DNA of 64,000 bases. Origin: Candidatus Amesbacteria bacterium GW2011_GWC2_45_19. GTDB lineage: Bacteria; Patescibacteriota; Microgenomatia; CAZETR01; Amesbacteraceae. Positions 37,456 through 47,592 of this stretch are shown in pieces (position 1 is the first letter of the stretch; each line of letters starts with the position of its first letter). Under the pieces are notes generated by a model. That model was not told the origin of the DNA. It worked only from the letters and a program-made list of their open reading frames with translations, and searched no databases. A program made the position numbers and the translations under genes. The stretch lies in contig LCKS01000004.1 of NCBI GenBank assembly GCA_001001555.1, positions 36,130-100,129 of the forward strand, in the 5' to 3' direction.

Positions 37456-38180
37456 CCTGGACATTACCAAAGAAGTCCGGCCGGAATGCTACCGGAGTAG
37501 TGACCACCCGGCACCAGGGGGCCAGAGAGAAAAGACGCTACCGGGAAATTGACTGGAAACGGGATAAGCGAGACATGCCGGCCCGGGTGGTGGCTGTTGA
37601 ATACGATCCCAATCGCACGGCAGATTTGGCTCTAGTTCAATATGCGGATGGAGAAAAAAGATATATCCTGGCACCTGAAACTCTCCGCGTGGGTCAGAAA
37701 GTAATGAGTGGTGAGTCAGCCCCCCTGACTGTCGGAAGCGCGTTGCCACTGAAGGCAATCCCGGTAGGAACCATGATCCATTGCCTGGAGCTGGCTATCG
37801 GCCGGGGAGCAAAGCTGGTACGCGGGGCGGGGGGGGCTGCCATGATTCAGGGTTTCGAAGGGCCGTGGGCTCTGGTAAAATTGCCGTCGGGTGAGATCCG
37901 GCGCATCGGAGCCGGCGCGTATGCCACTATCGGGCAGGTCGGTAATCCGGATTGGAAGAACGTAAACCTAGGTCTGGCGGGAAGAAAAAGGCATATGGGA
38001 ATCAGGCCAACCGTCCGGGGAACAGCCCAAAATCCCAGGTCTCATCCGCACGGCGGCGGGGAGGGACGGTCTGGTGAAGGCATGCATCCTAAAACACCGT
38101 GGGGCAAGTCTGCCCGGGGAAACAGGACCAGAAACAAGTCTAAATATTCGCACAAAATGATTGTGCAAAGACGCAAATGA
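37440..38180 (+). CDS. rplB: 50S ribosomal protein L2
   Basis: [40 protein letters not shown]. Confidence 0.9.
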   Translation: MEKRLTWTLPKKSGRNATGVVTTRHQGAREKRRYREIDWKRDKRDMPARVVAVEYDPNRTADLALVQYADGEKRYILAPETLRVGQKVMSGESAPLTVGSALPLKAIPVGTMIHCLELAIGRGAKLVRGAGGAAMIQGFEGPWALVKLPSGEIRRIGAGAYATIGQVGNPDWKNVNLGLAGRKRHMGIRPTVRGTAQNPRSHPHGGGEGRSGEGMHPKTPWGKSARGNRTRNKSKYSHKMIVQRRK

Positions 38181-38431
38181 AAGCACCATATCTGGATCAA
38201 AAATTAATGGCCAAAGTGGGCAAAAAAATTAATCCCATCAAGACCTGGGCCAGAAATAGTCAGATTCCCCCAGAATTTGTGGGGACGACTTTTCGGGTGC
38301 ATAACGGACATAAATTTGTGGACGTGTTTGTAAATGAATCAATGGTGGGGCACCGCTTGGGAGAATTTGCTCCCACCCGGACATTTCGTGGCCATGGAGC
38401 AATAGTTAAAAGAACTATGGAGAAAACATGA
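38177..38431 (+). CDS. rpsS: 30S ribosomal protein S19
   Basis: [33 protein letters not shown]. Confidence 0.9.
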   Translation: MKAPYLDQKLMAKVGKKINPIKTWARNSQIPPEFVGTTFRVHNGHKFVDVFVNESMVGHRLGEFAPTRTFRGHGAIVKRTMEKT

Positions 38432-38781
38432 TAATTAAGGCCAAAGCCAGTTCTGTAATGACCAGCCCGCGGAAATTGCGGCTGGTGGCTAACGCCGTGC
38501 GAGGGCTATCCCCCAAGGTTGCCATTGACCAGCTAAGATTGCTGCCCAAGAGAGCAGCCAGGGTCTTACTGGCCGTGTTTGAGCAAGCTATGGGTAACGC
38601 CAAAAATAACTTTAAGATGTCACCGGAAAATCTAAAAATTAAATCTCTACAAATTAACGATGGTCCGCGGGGACCAAAGCGGATGGACCGATCCCATGGA
38701 GCCAGGTTTGACAGAGGTGTCAAGAGGCGTAAGTATGCACATATTAACCTAGAGTTGGAGGAGGAAATACATGGGAAATAA
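38428..38781 (+). CDS. rplV: 50S ribosomal protein L22
   Basis: [14 protein letters not shown]. Confidence 0.9.
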   Translation: MIIKAKASSVMTSPRKLRLVANAVRGLSPKVAIDQLRLLPKRAARVLLAVFEQAMGNAKNNFKMSPENLKIKSLQINDGPRGPKRMDRSHGARFDRGVKRRKYAHINLELEEEIHGK

Positions 38782-39430
38782 AGTCAATCCGGTAGGATAT
38801 CGGCTACCGCTATCCCCAACCGCAACCTGGAAATCCCGGTGGTTTACTACCAACCCCAAGAAATACCGGGAATACTTGGCGGTCGATGTCAAACTAAGAA
38901 AAGCCCTCATGGAAAAATTGAGGGCAGCCGGGGTAACCAGAGTGAACATAGAAAGGTCTCTTAAAAGTTTAAAAGTAACCATCTTTGTCACCCGACCCGG
39001 AGTGGTAATCGGACGAGGTGGGGCGGGAATCGACGATCTAAAACGGTTTATCTCCAAAACGCTGGGCCGCCTAGATTTGAGGGTAGACCAACCGCAAATC
39101 GAAGAGGTCAAATTCCCGGACTTGAATGCGCATCTGGTAGCGTCTAAAATCGCCGAGCAAATTGAGCGCCGGCTGCCGGCTCGCAGGGTAGCTAAAAAAT
39201 CGCTGGAAAGAACCATGCAAGCCGGAGCCAAGGGAATAAAAATATTGATCGCCGGCAGAATTAACGGAGCGGAAATATCCCGACGGGAGCTATATCACGA
39301 AGGGTCCGTGCCACTCCAAACCTTGCGGGCGGACGTGGATTATGCCCAAATACCGGCTCTTACCCGTTCCGGATATGTGGGGGTAAAAGTATGGATTAAC
39401 CGAGGAGAAACAAATTATGCTCCAACCTAA
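38771..39430 (+). CDS. rpsC: 30S ribosomal protein S3
   Basis: [14 protein letters not shown] and C-terminal domain. Confidence 0.9.
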   Translation: MGNKVNPVGYRLPLSPTATWKSRWFTTNPKKYREYLAVDVKLRKALMEKLRAAGVTRVNIERSLKSLKVTIFVTRPGVVIGRGGAGIDDLKRFISKTLGRLDLRVDQPQIEEVKFPDLNAHLVASKIAEQIERRLPARRVAKKSLERTMQAGAKGIKILIAGRINGAEISRRELYHEGSVPLQTLRADVDYAQIPALTRSGYVGVKVWINRGETNYAPT

Positions 39431-39827
39431 AAAGCAAAAATACCGAAAACAATTCCGGGGCCATATGGGGGGATCGGCTAGCCGGGGCAACACTTTGAAT
39501 TTTGGGGAATACGGCCTAAAGGCTATAAGCCGGGGGTGGCTGTCGGCCAAGCAAATTGAGGCGGCCAGGAAGGCCATTACCCATTACTCCCAAAGAGGCG
39601 GCAAAGTGTGGATTCGGGTTTTTCCGGATAAGCCGATTACCAAGAAAGCTCTGGGGACCAGAATGGGGTCGGGTAAGGGAGATATCGTTGATTACGTAGC
39701 GGTGGTCACCCCGGGCAGGATTATTTTTGAAATTGCCGGAGTGCCTGAAGAAGTGGCCCGAACAGCCTTTCGTAGGGCAATAGCTAAATTACCGTTTAAA
39801 TTCAGAGTCATTTCTAAAAATGATTAA
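39417..39827 (+). CDS. rplP: 50S ribosomal protein L16
   Basis: [15 protein letters not shown]. Confidence 0.9.
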   Translation: MLQPKKQKYRKQFRGHMGGSASRGNTLNFGEYGLKAISRGWLSAKQIEAARKAITHYSQRGGKVWIRVFPDKPITKKALGTRMGSGKGDIVDYVAVVTPGRIIFEIAGVPEEVARTAFRRAIAKLPFKFRVISKND

Positions 39828-39987
39828 ATTTAAGTCTCAAGTTAAAATACTGACCGCAAACGAATTAGTGGTTAAAGTGCGAGAGTTGGCGGCACAAATC
39901 GCCCGGGCCAGAGTTGAGAAAAAACCAACTCTAAAATTGCGTAAACAGTTAGCTATTGTAAAAACATATGAGAACGCTAAGCGGTAA
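39820..39987 (+). CDS. rpmC: 50S ribosomal protein L29 (not in ORF track, under 60 aa)
   Basis: Own translation [55 protein letters not shown]; ATGA overlap with the rplP stop. Confidence 0.7.
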   Translation: MIKFKSQVKILTANELVVKVRELAAQIARARVEKKPTLKLRKQLAIVKTYENAKR

Positions 39988-40183
39988 GGTCATATCCAAT
40001 AAAATGGCCAAAACCGTAGTGGTAGAGGTGGAGCGGTTAGTCGTCCACCCCAAATACCACAAGCGGATAAAGAGAACGCAAAAGTTTCACGCCCATAGCG
40101 AGCTAGGGATAAAAATTGGGGATGTGGTGAAAATAGCTGAAGTTAAACCTATTTCCAGAACCAAAACCTGGAGAATTATATGA
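39968..40183 (+). CDS. rpsQ: 30S ribosomal protein S17
   Basis: [28 protein letters not shown]. Confidence 0.85.
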   Translation: MRTLSGKVISNKMAKTVVVEVERLVVHPKYHKRIKRTQKFHAHSELGIKIGDVVKIAEVKPISRTKTWRII

Positions 40184-40551
40184 TTCAATTACGCAGCATA
40201 TTAGTCCCGGCAGACAACAGCGGCGCCAAAAAACTGAAGGTCATTCAGATTATGGGGGGCTCGAAGCGCAAATGGGGAAGCTTGGGAGACGTGGCGACGG
40301 CGGTGGTGGACGGAGCGGATCCTACCGGAGTGGTCAGGGATTCAGAGATAGTCAAAGTGGTCATTGTGCGCATCCGCAAGGAACGGCGACGCAAAGACGG
40401 CAGTTATATCCGTTTCGATGATAATGCCGGAGTGGTTATAGACATCAAAACGGGCGAGCCCAGAGGGAGCCGGATCTTTGGACCGGTGGCCCGGGAAGTA
40501 AAAGACGCCGGTTTTAATAAAATCGCATCGCTGGCGGCGGAAGTGATATGA
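40180..40551 (+). CDS. rplN: 50S ribosomal protein L14
   Basis: [18 protein letters not shown]. Confidence 0.9.
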   Translation: MIQLRSILVPADNSGAKKLKVIQIMGGSKRKWGSLGDVATAVVDGADPTGVVRDSEIVKVVIVRIRKERRRKDGSYIRFDDNAGVVIDIKTGEPRGSRIFGPVAREVKDAGFNKIASLAAEVI

Positions 40552-40853
40552 AGTTACACAAAGGAGATAAAGTTCTGGTTACAGCCGGAAAAGACCGGGG
40601 GCGGGAGGGCGTGGTAGAAAAGGTGTGGGCAGATAAATCACGGGTGCTAATTCCAGGAGTAAATCAATATAAGAAGCACCGCAAGGCCCAGGGGGAAAAA
40701 CAGCCAGGAGAAATCTTGACCTTGAGCCGGCCGCTGCCGGTTGGCAACGTAGCTTTAGTTTGTCAAAAATGCAAACAGCCAACCCGGGTAGGATATAGGA
40801 TAATTAACGACAAAAAAGTTAGAATCTGCCGCAAGTGCGACCAAAATATTTAA
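40548..40853 (+). CDS. rplX: 50S ribosomal protein L24 with C-terminal Cys4 zinc-ribbon
   Basis: [22 protein letters not shown] motif; C-terminus [30 protein letters not shown]. Confidence 0.85.
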   Translation: MKLHKGDKVLVTAGKDRGREGVVEKVWADKSRVLIPGVNQYKKHRKAQGEKQPGEILTLSRPLPVGNVALVCQKCKQPTRVGYRIINDKKVRICRKCDQNI

Positions 40854-41323
40854 ATATGTGGGAAGCAAAAATCACCAAGGCCGTTTTGAATATCGGACTG
40901 AAAGAGGCCGTGACCGATAAAGGGGTGCTGGCCAAAGCTTCCGAACAACTGGCGGCTATTGCCGGACAAAAACCTAAGGTTACCCGAGCTAAAACTTCCA
41001 TCGCTAACTTTAAAGTAAGAGAAGGAGATCCGGTGGGTCTAACTGTGACCTTGCGTGGTAAAAGAATGCAAGATTTTGTGACTAAATTGATAAACATTGT
41101 TCTACCCAGGGTGCGGGATTTCCATGGCGTGCCGACCACTGCTTTCGATAAAAAGGGCAACTATACACTGGGGCTGGCTGAACAAATCGTTTTCCCGGAA
41201 ATAGACTATGCGAAAATTGATAAAATCAGGGGTCTGGAAATTACCTTGGTAAACAACGCCGACAATCCGAAGTCTGCCAAAAAGTTATTAGAATCTCTAG
41301 GGTTCAAATTTAAAAATGGCTAA
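40835..41323 (+). CDS. rplE: 50S ribosomal protein L5 (start may be ATG at ~40856)
   Basis: [12 protein letters not shown]...[19 protein letters not shown]. Confidence 0.85.
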   Translation: MRPKYLNMWEAKITKAVLNIGLKEAVTDKGVLAKASEQLAAIAGQKPKVTRAKTSIANFKVREGDPVGLTVTLRGKRMQDFVTKLINIVLPRVRDFHGVPTTAFDKKGNYTLGLAEQIVFPEIDYAKIDKIRGLEITLVNNADNPKSAKKLLESLGFKFKNG

Positions 41324-41504
41324 AACATCTAAAGTCGTCAAACAAGAAAAAGGTTACTTAAAGTATCCGACGCAATACCGCAACCGGTGCCACCGCTGCG
41401 GCCGGCCCCGGGGTTATCTGCGGATGTTTGGCCTGTGCCGGCTGTGTTTCAGGGAGCTGGTACACCGCGGAGAATTGCCGGGGGTAAAAAAAGCATCATG
41501 GTAA
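41316..41504 (+). CDS. rpsZ: 30S ribosomal protein S14 type Z (zinc-binding)
   Basis: [23 protein letters not shown]. Confidence 0.85.
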   Translation: MAKTSKVVKQEKGYLKYPTQYRNRCHRCGRPRGYLRMFGLCRLCFRELVHRGELPGVKKASW

Positions 41505-41878
41505 ACGATCCCCTATCAGATTTGATTTCCCGAATTAAGAACGGTTACCGGGCAAATCTAACCGAAGTGCGTCTGCCGTGGAGCCGGGTAAAAGAGAATG
41601 TGGTGCGGGTGCTGGCCGAACAAAAACTAGTTGAAAAATGCGATAAGCAAAAAGACGAATTGGTAGTAAAACTGCAATATGAAGGCAAAACTCCGGCTCT
41701 GACAGATATCCGCCGGGTAAGCAGGCCGGGGGTGCGGATTTACGCCGGGGTGAAAAAGTTGCCGCGGGTTCTGGGGGGACTGGGGATTAATATCCTGTCT
41801 ACACCCCAGGGGGTTATGGCGGATAAACAGGCTAAAAAGTTACATGTGGGGGGCGAAATTATCGCCCAAGCCTGGTAA
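41498..41878 (+). CDS. rpsH: 30S ribosomal protein S8
   Basis: Own translation from ATG overlapping the rpsZ stop: [20 protein letters not shown]...; the ORF-track entry 41387..41878 is the same frame with a spurious 5' extension. Confidence 0.85.
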   Translation: MVNDPLSDLISRIKNGYRANLTEVRLPWSRVKENVVRVLAEQKLVEKCDKQKDELVVKLQYEGKTPALTDIRRVSRPGVRIYAGVKKLPRVLGGLGINILSTPQGVMADKQAKKLHVGGEIIAQAW

Positions 41879-41882
41879 AAAT

Positions 41883-42416
41883 ATGTCCAGAATGGGCAGA
41901 CTACCGGTCCCCATCCCAGAAGCTGTAACTGTAACGGTAAACAGTAACAGGATAAGTGTCATAGGACCAAAAGGACAGCTCGAATGGACAATGCCGGATG
42001 GAGTGGAAGCAAAAATTGAGGAAGGCAGAGTAATGATAACGGCCAAGTTATCGAACTTGCATGGGCTATCCAGATCGCTAATTAATAATATGGTTTACGG
42101 AGTAAGCCAAGGCTGGAGCAAAACTTTGGAACTGACGGGGACTGGTTACCGGGCCAGCACTAGCGGGACTGAACTAAACTTGTCTTTGGGGTTCTCACAT
42201 CCGGTGAAAATCCCGGCTCCCGAAGGCATTACTTTTGAGGTGGTAGAAAACAAAATTAAGGTCCTGGGAATAGACAAGGTGAAAGTGGGAGAGGTGGCTG
42301 CTAAAATTAGGTCCTGGCGGCCGGCTGATCCTTATAAAGCCAAGGGGCTAAAATATGAAGGCGAAATTATCAGGCGAAAAGCCGGAAAAGCGGCCAAAGC
42401 TGAAATAAAAATATGA
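41883..42416 (+). CDS. rplF: 50S ribosomal protein L6
   Basis: Start at [12 protein letters not shown] after the rpsH stop; two L6 repeats. Confidence 0.85.
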   Translation: MSRMGRLPVPIPEAVTVTVNSNRISVIGPKGQLEWTMPDGVEAKIEEGRVMITAKLSNLHGLSRSLINNMVYGVSQGWSKTLELTGTGYRASTSGTELNLSLGFSHPVKIPAPEGITFEVVENKIKVLGIDKVKVGEVAAKIRSWRPADPYKAKGLKYEGEIIRRKAGKAAKAEIKI

Positions 42417-42652
42417 GACTGACTGTGTTTCGCTCCAATAAATATATTTATGCCCAAGCGATTGATGACGCCAAGGGGATAACCGTGGCAGAAGCACATG
42501 GAAAGAATCCTTCCGAAGTGGGTAAGCTGGTGGCCCAAAGGGCAATCAAGGCCGGAGTGAAAAAAATTGTTTTTGACCGGGGACGATACCGATATCATGG
42601 CCAGGTCAAGATTTTGGCAGAGGCCGCCAGAGAAGGGGGGTTAACGTTTTGA
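42413..42652 (+). CDS. rplR: 50S ribosomal protein L18 (short)
   Basis: [18 protein letters not shown]...[24 protein letters not shown]. Confidence 0.8.
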   Translation: MRLTVFRSNKYIYAQAIDDAKGITVAEAHGKNPSEVGKLVAQRAIKAGVKKIVFDRGRYRYHGQVKILAEAAREGGLTF

Positions 42653-43119
42653 GACCGTTTGTAAGAACCGGACAATTCAACGCGGAACCCAAGGAGTTTG
42701 ACGAAAAAACGGTGCAAGTGAACCGGGTGTCCAAAAAAACCAAGGGCGGCAACCGGATGAGCTTTTCGGTGTTAGTGGTAGTGGGAGACAAAAAAGGCCG
42801 GGTGGGAGTGGGCCTGGGGAAAGCCGCCGATGTGAGCTCTGCCATGCGCAAAGCCAGCACATATGCCCAAAAGCACCTGATCACGGTTCCTCTTAAGGGC
42901 CGGACCATTCCCCATGAGATACGGATCAAAGTGGGGGCAGCCCAAGTAATGATGAAGCCGGCTCCGGACGGGACCGGGGTGATTGCCGGCGGGCCGGTAA
43001 GAGCGGTGGTAGAAGCGGCGGGAATCCGGGATATTGTGAGTAAAATCCTAGGAACAAAAAACAAGGCGTCTAACGTATATGCGGCATTTGCAGCGCTGAA
43101 GCGTTTGAAACAGATATGA
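42649..43119 (+). CDS. rpsE: 30S ribosomal protein S5
   Basis: [24 protein letters not shown]. Confidence 0.9.
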   Translation: MRPFVRTGQFNAEPKEFDEKTVQVNRVSKKTKGGNRMSFSVLVVVGDKKGRVGVGLGKAADVSSAMRKASTYAQKHLITVPLKGRTIPHEIRIKVGAAQVMMKPAPDGTGVIAGGPVRAVVEAAGIRDIVSKILGTKNKASNVYAAFAALKRLKQI

Positions 43120-43352
43120 ATTTAAATAAATTACCCAGAATAATCACCAGACCCAAGAAGAGGGTGGGACGGGGTATGGGATCCGGCAAAGGCAGCCACA
43201 CCGCGGGGCGGGGAACTAAGGGGCAAAAAGCCCGGGGAAAAGTGTCTATTTTATATGAGGGGACCAAAACCAAAAAATCCCTGGTCAAGCGTATTCCCAT
43301 GCTGCGCGGCAAGGGCAAATTCAAGGCCAAAGTAAAGCCGGGGACATATTAA
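43116..43352 (+). CDS. rplO: 50S ribosomal protein L15 (N-terminal half only, 78 aa)
   Basis: [26 protein letters not shown]; ends 2 nt before the secY start; no rpmD (L30) between rpsE and rplO. Confidence 0.75.
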   Translation: MNLNKLPRIITRPKKRVGRGMGSGKGSHTAGRGTKGQKARGKVSILYEGTKTKKSLVKRIPMLRGKGKFKAKVKPGTY

Positions 43353-43353
43353 A

Positions 43354-44640
43354 ATGAATAAAGTGCTGACCAGTCTGAAGCAAATTTGGGGGACGCCGGA
43401 GATACGCAAGAAATTGTTATTTACGGCGGCGGTACTGCTGATCTACCGCCTGTTGGCGCATATTCCAGTGGCGGGAATCGACCGCCAAGCTCTGGCTAAC
43501 CTGTTCTCCGGTTCACAACTTTTGGGGCTTCTGGACATTTTTTCCGGAGGGACGCTAGCCAATTTCTCGCTGATCGCTCTGGGCTTGGGGCCATATATCA
43601 ATGCCTCGATTATCTTGCAACTATTGACCATGGTATTTCCCAAGCTGGAAGAGCTGTCCAAAGAGGGAGAATCCGGCCGGGAGATGATCAACCAATATAC
43701 CCGGTGGCTGACGGTGCCCATCGCGATTTTACAGGGTTTTGGAATGTATTCGCTCCTGCGGGGGCAAAACATAATTGGACAGCTAAATTTGGGGTCACTG
43801 CTGGCTCTCATTGTCACCATGACGGCCGGGACCATCCTGGCAGTATGGCTGGGGGAGTTGATCTCTGAATATGGGGTGGGCAATGGCGTGTCTTTGCTTA
43901 TTTTTGCCGGAATTGTGGGCCGGCTGCCGGTGGTTCTGGGGCAGACAGCGGTGACTTTGGAAACGTTGTCTGTGGGGAATTTAGGGATTTTTGGGATGGT
44001 GGGGTTGATACTGGTGGCGGCGGTGGTGTTTGTGAACGAAGCTTCGCGAAAGATTCCGGTGCAGTATGCCAGACGCGTCCGGGCCGGCAAGGTATATGGC
44101 GGGCAATCCACCCATTTGCCGCTGCGGGTAAATCAGGCCGGGGTAATCCCCATCATATTTGCGGTATCTCTGGTTTTACTCCCCTCTTTGGTAGGCCAAT
44201 TTTTGCAAAATGTGAACAATGCCCAAGTAGCCTTGGCGGCCAGGTCGGTGCTGGCTTTTATGCAACCGAACGGTTGGGCTTATAACTTGATTTATTTTGC
44301 TTTGGTGGTGGGATTTACTTACTTTTATACCGCGGTGGTATTTAATCCGGTGAAAATTGCCGACGAAATCAAAAAATACGGAGGGTTTGTACCGGGAATT
44401 AGACCGGGGGGGGCAACTGCCAATTATTTAAATGGCATTATGAACAGAGTAACGGCGGCCGGAGCGGTATTTTTGGGGGCCATCGCCATTATGCCGGCCA
44501 TTGTCCAAGTGGTTTTCAGAATTCCTACTTTGAGCTTGGGGGGGACCGGGATTTTAATTGTGGTATCGGTGGTTCTGGAAACAGTCAAGTCCCTGCAATC
44601 CCAACTGTCTGTTAGAAATTACGATAGTTTTTTGCCGTGA
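43354..44640 (+). CDS. secY: preprotein translocase SecY
   Basis: 10-TM topology, [17 protein letters not shown]-terminus; 428 aa. Confidence 0.9.
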   Translation: MNKVLTSLKQIWGTPEIRKKLLFTAAVLLIYRLLAHIPVAGIDRQALANLFSGSQLLGLLDIFSGGTLANFSLIALGLGPYINASIILQLLTMVFPKLEELSKEGESGREMINQYTRWLTVPIAILQGFGMYSLLRGQNIIGQLNLGSLLALIVTMTAGTILAVWLGELISEYGVGNGVSLLIFAGIVGRLPVVLGQTAVTLETLSVGNLGIFGMVGLILVAAVVFVNEASRKIPVQYARRVRAGKVYGGQSTHLPLRVNQAGVIPIIFAVSLVLLPSLVGQFLQNVNNAQVALAARSVLAFMQPNGWAYNLIYFALVVGFTYFYTAVVFNPVKIADEIKKYGGFVPGIRPGGATANYLNGIMNRVTAAGAVFLGAIAIMPAIVQVVFRIPTLSLGGTGILIVVSVVLETVKSLQSQLSVRNYDSFLP

Positions 44641-45179
44641 ACATAATTTTGCTGGGACCACAGGGGTCGGGAAAGGGAACGCAGGCGGCACTACTAGCCG
44701 AGAGGTTTGGGCTGCAGCATTTTGAAGCGGGAAAGATTTTGCGCAGCATTGCCGATTCTGATAATCAGCATGCCTCCGCCGTAAAAGCGGCGGCTAACTC
44801 GGGAAACTTGGTGCCGGATGAACTGGTGAGGTTAATTGCCTGGAACTTTGTTAACAAACACAGAAACGGCGGGTTTGTTTTTGACGGATATCCCAGATCA
44901 GCGGCCCAATACGAACATTTGCAGGATATGTTAATGAAATTTGGACAAAAAATTGACCGGGTGATTGACCTGGAAATTTCACAGGCGGAAACTATTAAAA
45001 GGCTGGCGAAAAGAGGAAGGGAAGATGATACGCCGGAAGCAATTAAAAAAAGGTTGGAGCTGTTTAGATTGCAGACAGAGCCGGTGATAGAAAAAGCCAG
45101 ACAAGACGGAATACTTCTGGAAATTGACGGAGAAAGACCGATCGACGTAATCCACCGGGACATGGTGAGTAAATTATGA
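44637..45179 (+). CDS. adk: adenylate kinase (short-lid form)
   Basis: [12 protein letters not shown]-loop, VFDGYPR. Confidence 0.85.
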   Translation: MNIILLGPQGSGKGTQAALLAERFGLQHFEAGKILRSIADSDNQHASAVKAAANSGNLVPDELVRLIAWNFVNKHRNGGFVFDGYPRSAAQYEHLQDMLMKFGQKIDRVIDLEISQAETIKRLAKRGREDDTPEAIKKRLELFRLQTEPVIEKARQDGILLEIDGERPIDVIHRDMVSKL

Positions 45180-45925
45180 CTAAATTAACCATCAAGACCG
45201 GAAAGGAGATAGAGATGATGAGAGAAGGGGGAGTGAAGCTGGCAGGCATTAGAGATAAGATAGTCAGAGCCGTAAGACCGGGGATAACCGCGGCGGAACT
45301 GGACAGTCTGGCGGATAAATTGATTGCCCAGGCAGGAGGAAAACCGTCGTTTAAAATGGTTCCCGGGTACAGATGGGCAACCTGTATAAATATCAACGAC
45401 GTAGTAGTACATGGAATACCTAATGATTACAAAATCAAGGCGGGAGATAAAGTAGGAATAGACATGGGCTTTTTTTATAAGGGGTGGCACACGGATACTT
45501 CGGTAACGGTGGGCGGGCCGGCCAGATTTTTAGAAGTCGGCCGGCTAGGACTGAAGAGGGCCATCGCACAGGCGCAAATGGGAAAGAGGGTAGCAGATAT
45601 TTCCGCCGCCATGCAAAAAACAGTGGAAGGGGCGGGATACAATGCGGTGCGGGCGCTGACGGGACACGGGATAGGGAGAGAGCTGCACGAAGAACCGGCT
45701 ATCCCCTGCTTTGTGCTGGGGAGTTACGGGCACAGTCCGAAATTAATTCCCGGCATGGTATTAGCTATCGAAATTATGTATAACCAGGGAGGATCGGCAG
45801 TGGTATACAAAAATAGCGACGGTTGGACAATAGTCACGGCTGATGGTAAAATATCAGGGCTGTTTGAAGAGACCGTGGCCATAACCAGTCACGGTCCCCT
45901 TGTTTTGACATGCCAAACTCGTTAA
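45176..45925 (+). CDS. map: methionine aminopeptidase type I
   Basis: 249 aa; conserved Asp/His/Glu metal ligands, HGIG region. Confidence 0.85.
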   Translation: MTKLTIKTGKEIEMMREGGVKLAGIRDKIVRAVRPGITAAELDSLADKLIAQAGGKPSFKMVPGYRWATCININDVVVHGIPNDYKIKAGDKVGIDMGFFYKGWHTDTSVTVGGPARFLEVGRLGLKRAIAQAQMGKRVADISAAMQKTVEGAGYNAVRALTGHGIGRELHEEPAIPCFVLGSYGHSPKLIPGMVLAIEIMYNQGGSAVVYKNSDGWTIVTADGKISGLFEETVAITSHGPLVLTCQTR

Positions 45926-46131
45926 TTTTTGAGGTAGAGGGAGAAGTCGTAGAAAATCTACCTAATACCTCTTTCCGGGTCAAATTAAACGGCTCGGAAA
46001 AAGTTGTATTGTGCCACTTGGCAGGCAAGATGAGAATCCACTGGATCCGCCTGTTGCCTGGGGACAAAGTAAGAGTGGCTATGGCAGGTCCTAACGAAAC
46101 ATTAGGCAGAATTATTTATAAATTAAAGTGA
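45910..46131 (+). CDS. infA: translation initiation factor IF-1
   Basis: S1-like fold; [20 protein letters not shown]...KMR. Confidence 0.85.
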   Translation: MPNSLIFEVEGEVVENLPNTSFRVKLNGSEKVVLCHLAGKMRIHWIRLLPGDKVRVAMAGPNETLGRIIYKLK

Positions 46132-46241
46132 AAGTCCAAGCATCCATCAAAACCAGGTGCAGAAACTGCAAAATTGTGAAGCGGAAAGGGGTGTTATTTG
46201 TAATTTGCACCAACCCCAAGCATAAGCAACGCCAAGGATAA
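46127..46241 (+). CDS. rpmJ: 50S ribosomal protein L36 (GTG start; not in ORF track)
   Basis: Own translation [37 protein letters not shown]. Confidence 0.7.
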
Positions 46242-46243
46242 AT

Positions 46244-46651
46244 ATGCCCAGAATCGCCGGACGAGACATTCCCGAGAACAAAAAAATAGAGTTTTCCCTG
46301 CGGTACATATATGGCATTGGGCCGACGAACGCTGCCGGAATTTTAGCCAAAGCAAAACTGGATACGAATAAAAGAACGAAAGACCTGACGGCGGAGGAGC
46401 TGGCCAGACTGCAAAAAGCAGTAGACGAAGTAAAAGTGGAGGGGGACTTGAGAAAAACTGTCCAGCAAAATATATCCAGGTTAAAGGAGATTGGGTCGTA
46501 TCGGGGCCACCGGCACGCTAAGGGATTACCTGTTCGGGGGCAACGAACGCGGACTAATGCCCGGACTAAGAGAGGTAAAAGAATGACCATCGGGGCGCTG
46601 AAGAAAGAGGTGTTAGCTACCAAGGAACCTAAAGTGGAGGAAAAGAAATGA
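46244..46651 (+). CDS. rpsM: 30S ribosomal protein S13
   Basis: [16 protein letters not shown]. Confidence 0.9.
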   Translation: MPRIAGRDIPENKKIEFSLRYIYGIGPTNAAGILAKAKLDTNKRTKDLTAEELARLQKAVDEVKVEGDLRKTVQQNISRLKEIGSYRGHRHAKGLPVRGQRTRTNARTKRGKRMTIGALKKEVLATKEPKVEEKK

Positions 46652-46989
46652 CCGGCAAAGCCTTTATTACGGCCACTTTTAATAACACCCTGGTGACTAT
46701 TACAGACATGGCGGGAAATGCTATTGCCTGGGGATCGGCAGGAGCGGCCGGATTTAAGGGCGCCCGCCGGGCTACTCCGTACGCGGCTACGACGGCAGTC
46801 GAAGTGGTGGCCAGAAAAGCCATGACAGCGGGAATTAAGGAAGTGGAGGTATATTTGAAAGGCCCGGGATCTGGACGAGACGCGGCCCTAAGAGCGTTAA
46901 AAGCGGCAGGATTAAAAATGAATCTGATTGCCGACGTAACGCCAGTTCCGCATAACGGAGTCAGGCCGAGTAAAAAGAGAAGAGTTTAG
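46648..46989 (+). CDS. rpsK: 30S ribosomal protein S11
   Basis: [18 protein letters not shown]. Confidence 0.9.
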   Translation: MTGKAFITATFNNTLVTITDMAGNAIAWGSAGAAGFKGARRATPYAATTAVEVVARKAMTAGIKEVEVYLKGPGSGRDAALRALKAAGLKMNLIADVTPVPHNGVRPSKKRRV

Positions 46990-47024
46990 TTTACCACTTC
47001 CCCTTCTTCGGCTTTTTTGGCGTC
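46987..47024 (-). pseudogene. remnant of dnaK 3' end (38 bp, 2 mismatches to 47590..47627)
   Basis: The reverse complement reads ...[12 protein letters not shown], identical to the DnaK C-terminus. Its first TAG also serves as the rpsK stop. Confidence 0.55.
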
Positions 47025-47058
47025 ATATGTTGGGCTAGTTGCTTGTTATAATGGGAAG

Positions 47059-47592
47059 ATGTTCAAAATATCGCGTTTGCATGTTTTTATCGCAACATCT
47101 TTGGGGGTAGGAGTTCTTATTGGATTTTTAATAGGGAGATATGTTAAGCCGAGGGTAGTTTATATAAAAAAAGAGAAAGAAAAGGTTGTCGTAAAATACG
47201 CTGAAGAAACAGCTGAAAACAGGATAATAAGATGTGGTTTCATCCCAGAAAATTTTAGGACAAACCAGGATCACTTTAGTGTAGTGTCAGGGCCCGATTG
47301 GTCCCCTGACTGCAGGTATATTGCTTGGGGTTTTTGGCAGTCGGGAACTTCATGGCTAGGAGATGATACTCAAGTTGTGTGGGAAAGAAAGTTGGATCAG
47401 CGGGAAGGTTTATATTTATACAACGATCGGACGGGGCGGACTAGAAAAATATACGCCCCTAAAGAACTAGATGAAAGCGTGACTTTTAACAAGTGGGTCG
47501 ATAGTGGTTCTATTGAGTTCGCTGCTAAAAGAATTGGGTATGTGTACGATATCGCGTCCGGTAAAATATCTATACAAGAAAATGGCTATTAG
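47059..47592 (+). CDS. hypothetical membrane-anchored protein
   Basis: Start at [29 protein letters not shown] (the track begins at an upstream TTG); TATAAT 7 nt upstream of the ATG; AT-rich; no motif. Confidence 0.45.
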   Translation: MFKISRLHVFIATSLGVGVLIGFLIGRYVKPRVVYIKKEKEKVVVKYAEETAENRIIRCGFIPENFRTNQDHFSVVSGPDWSPDCRYIAWGFWQSGTSWLGDDTQVVWERKLDQREGLYLYNDRTGRTRKIYAPKELDESVTFNKWVDSGSIEFAAKRIGYVYDIASGKISIQENGY

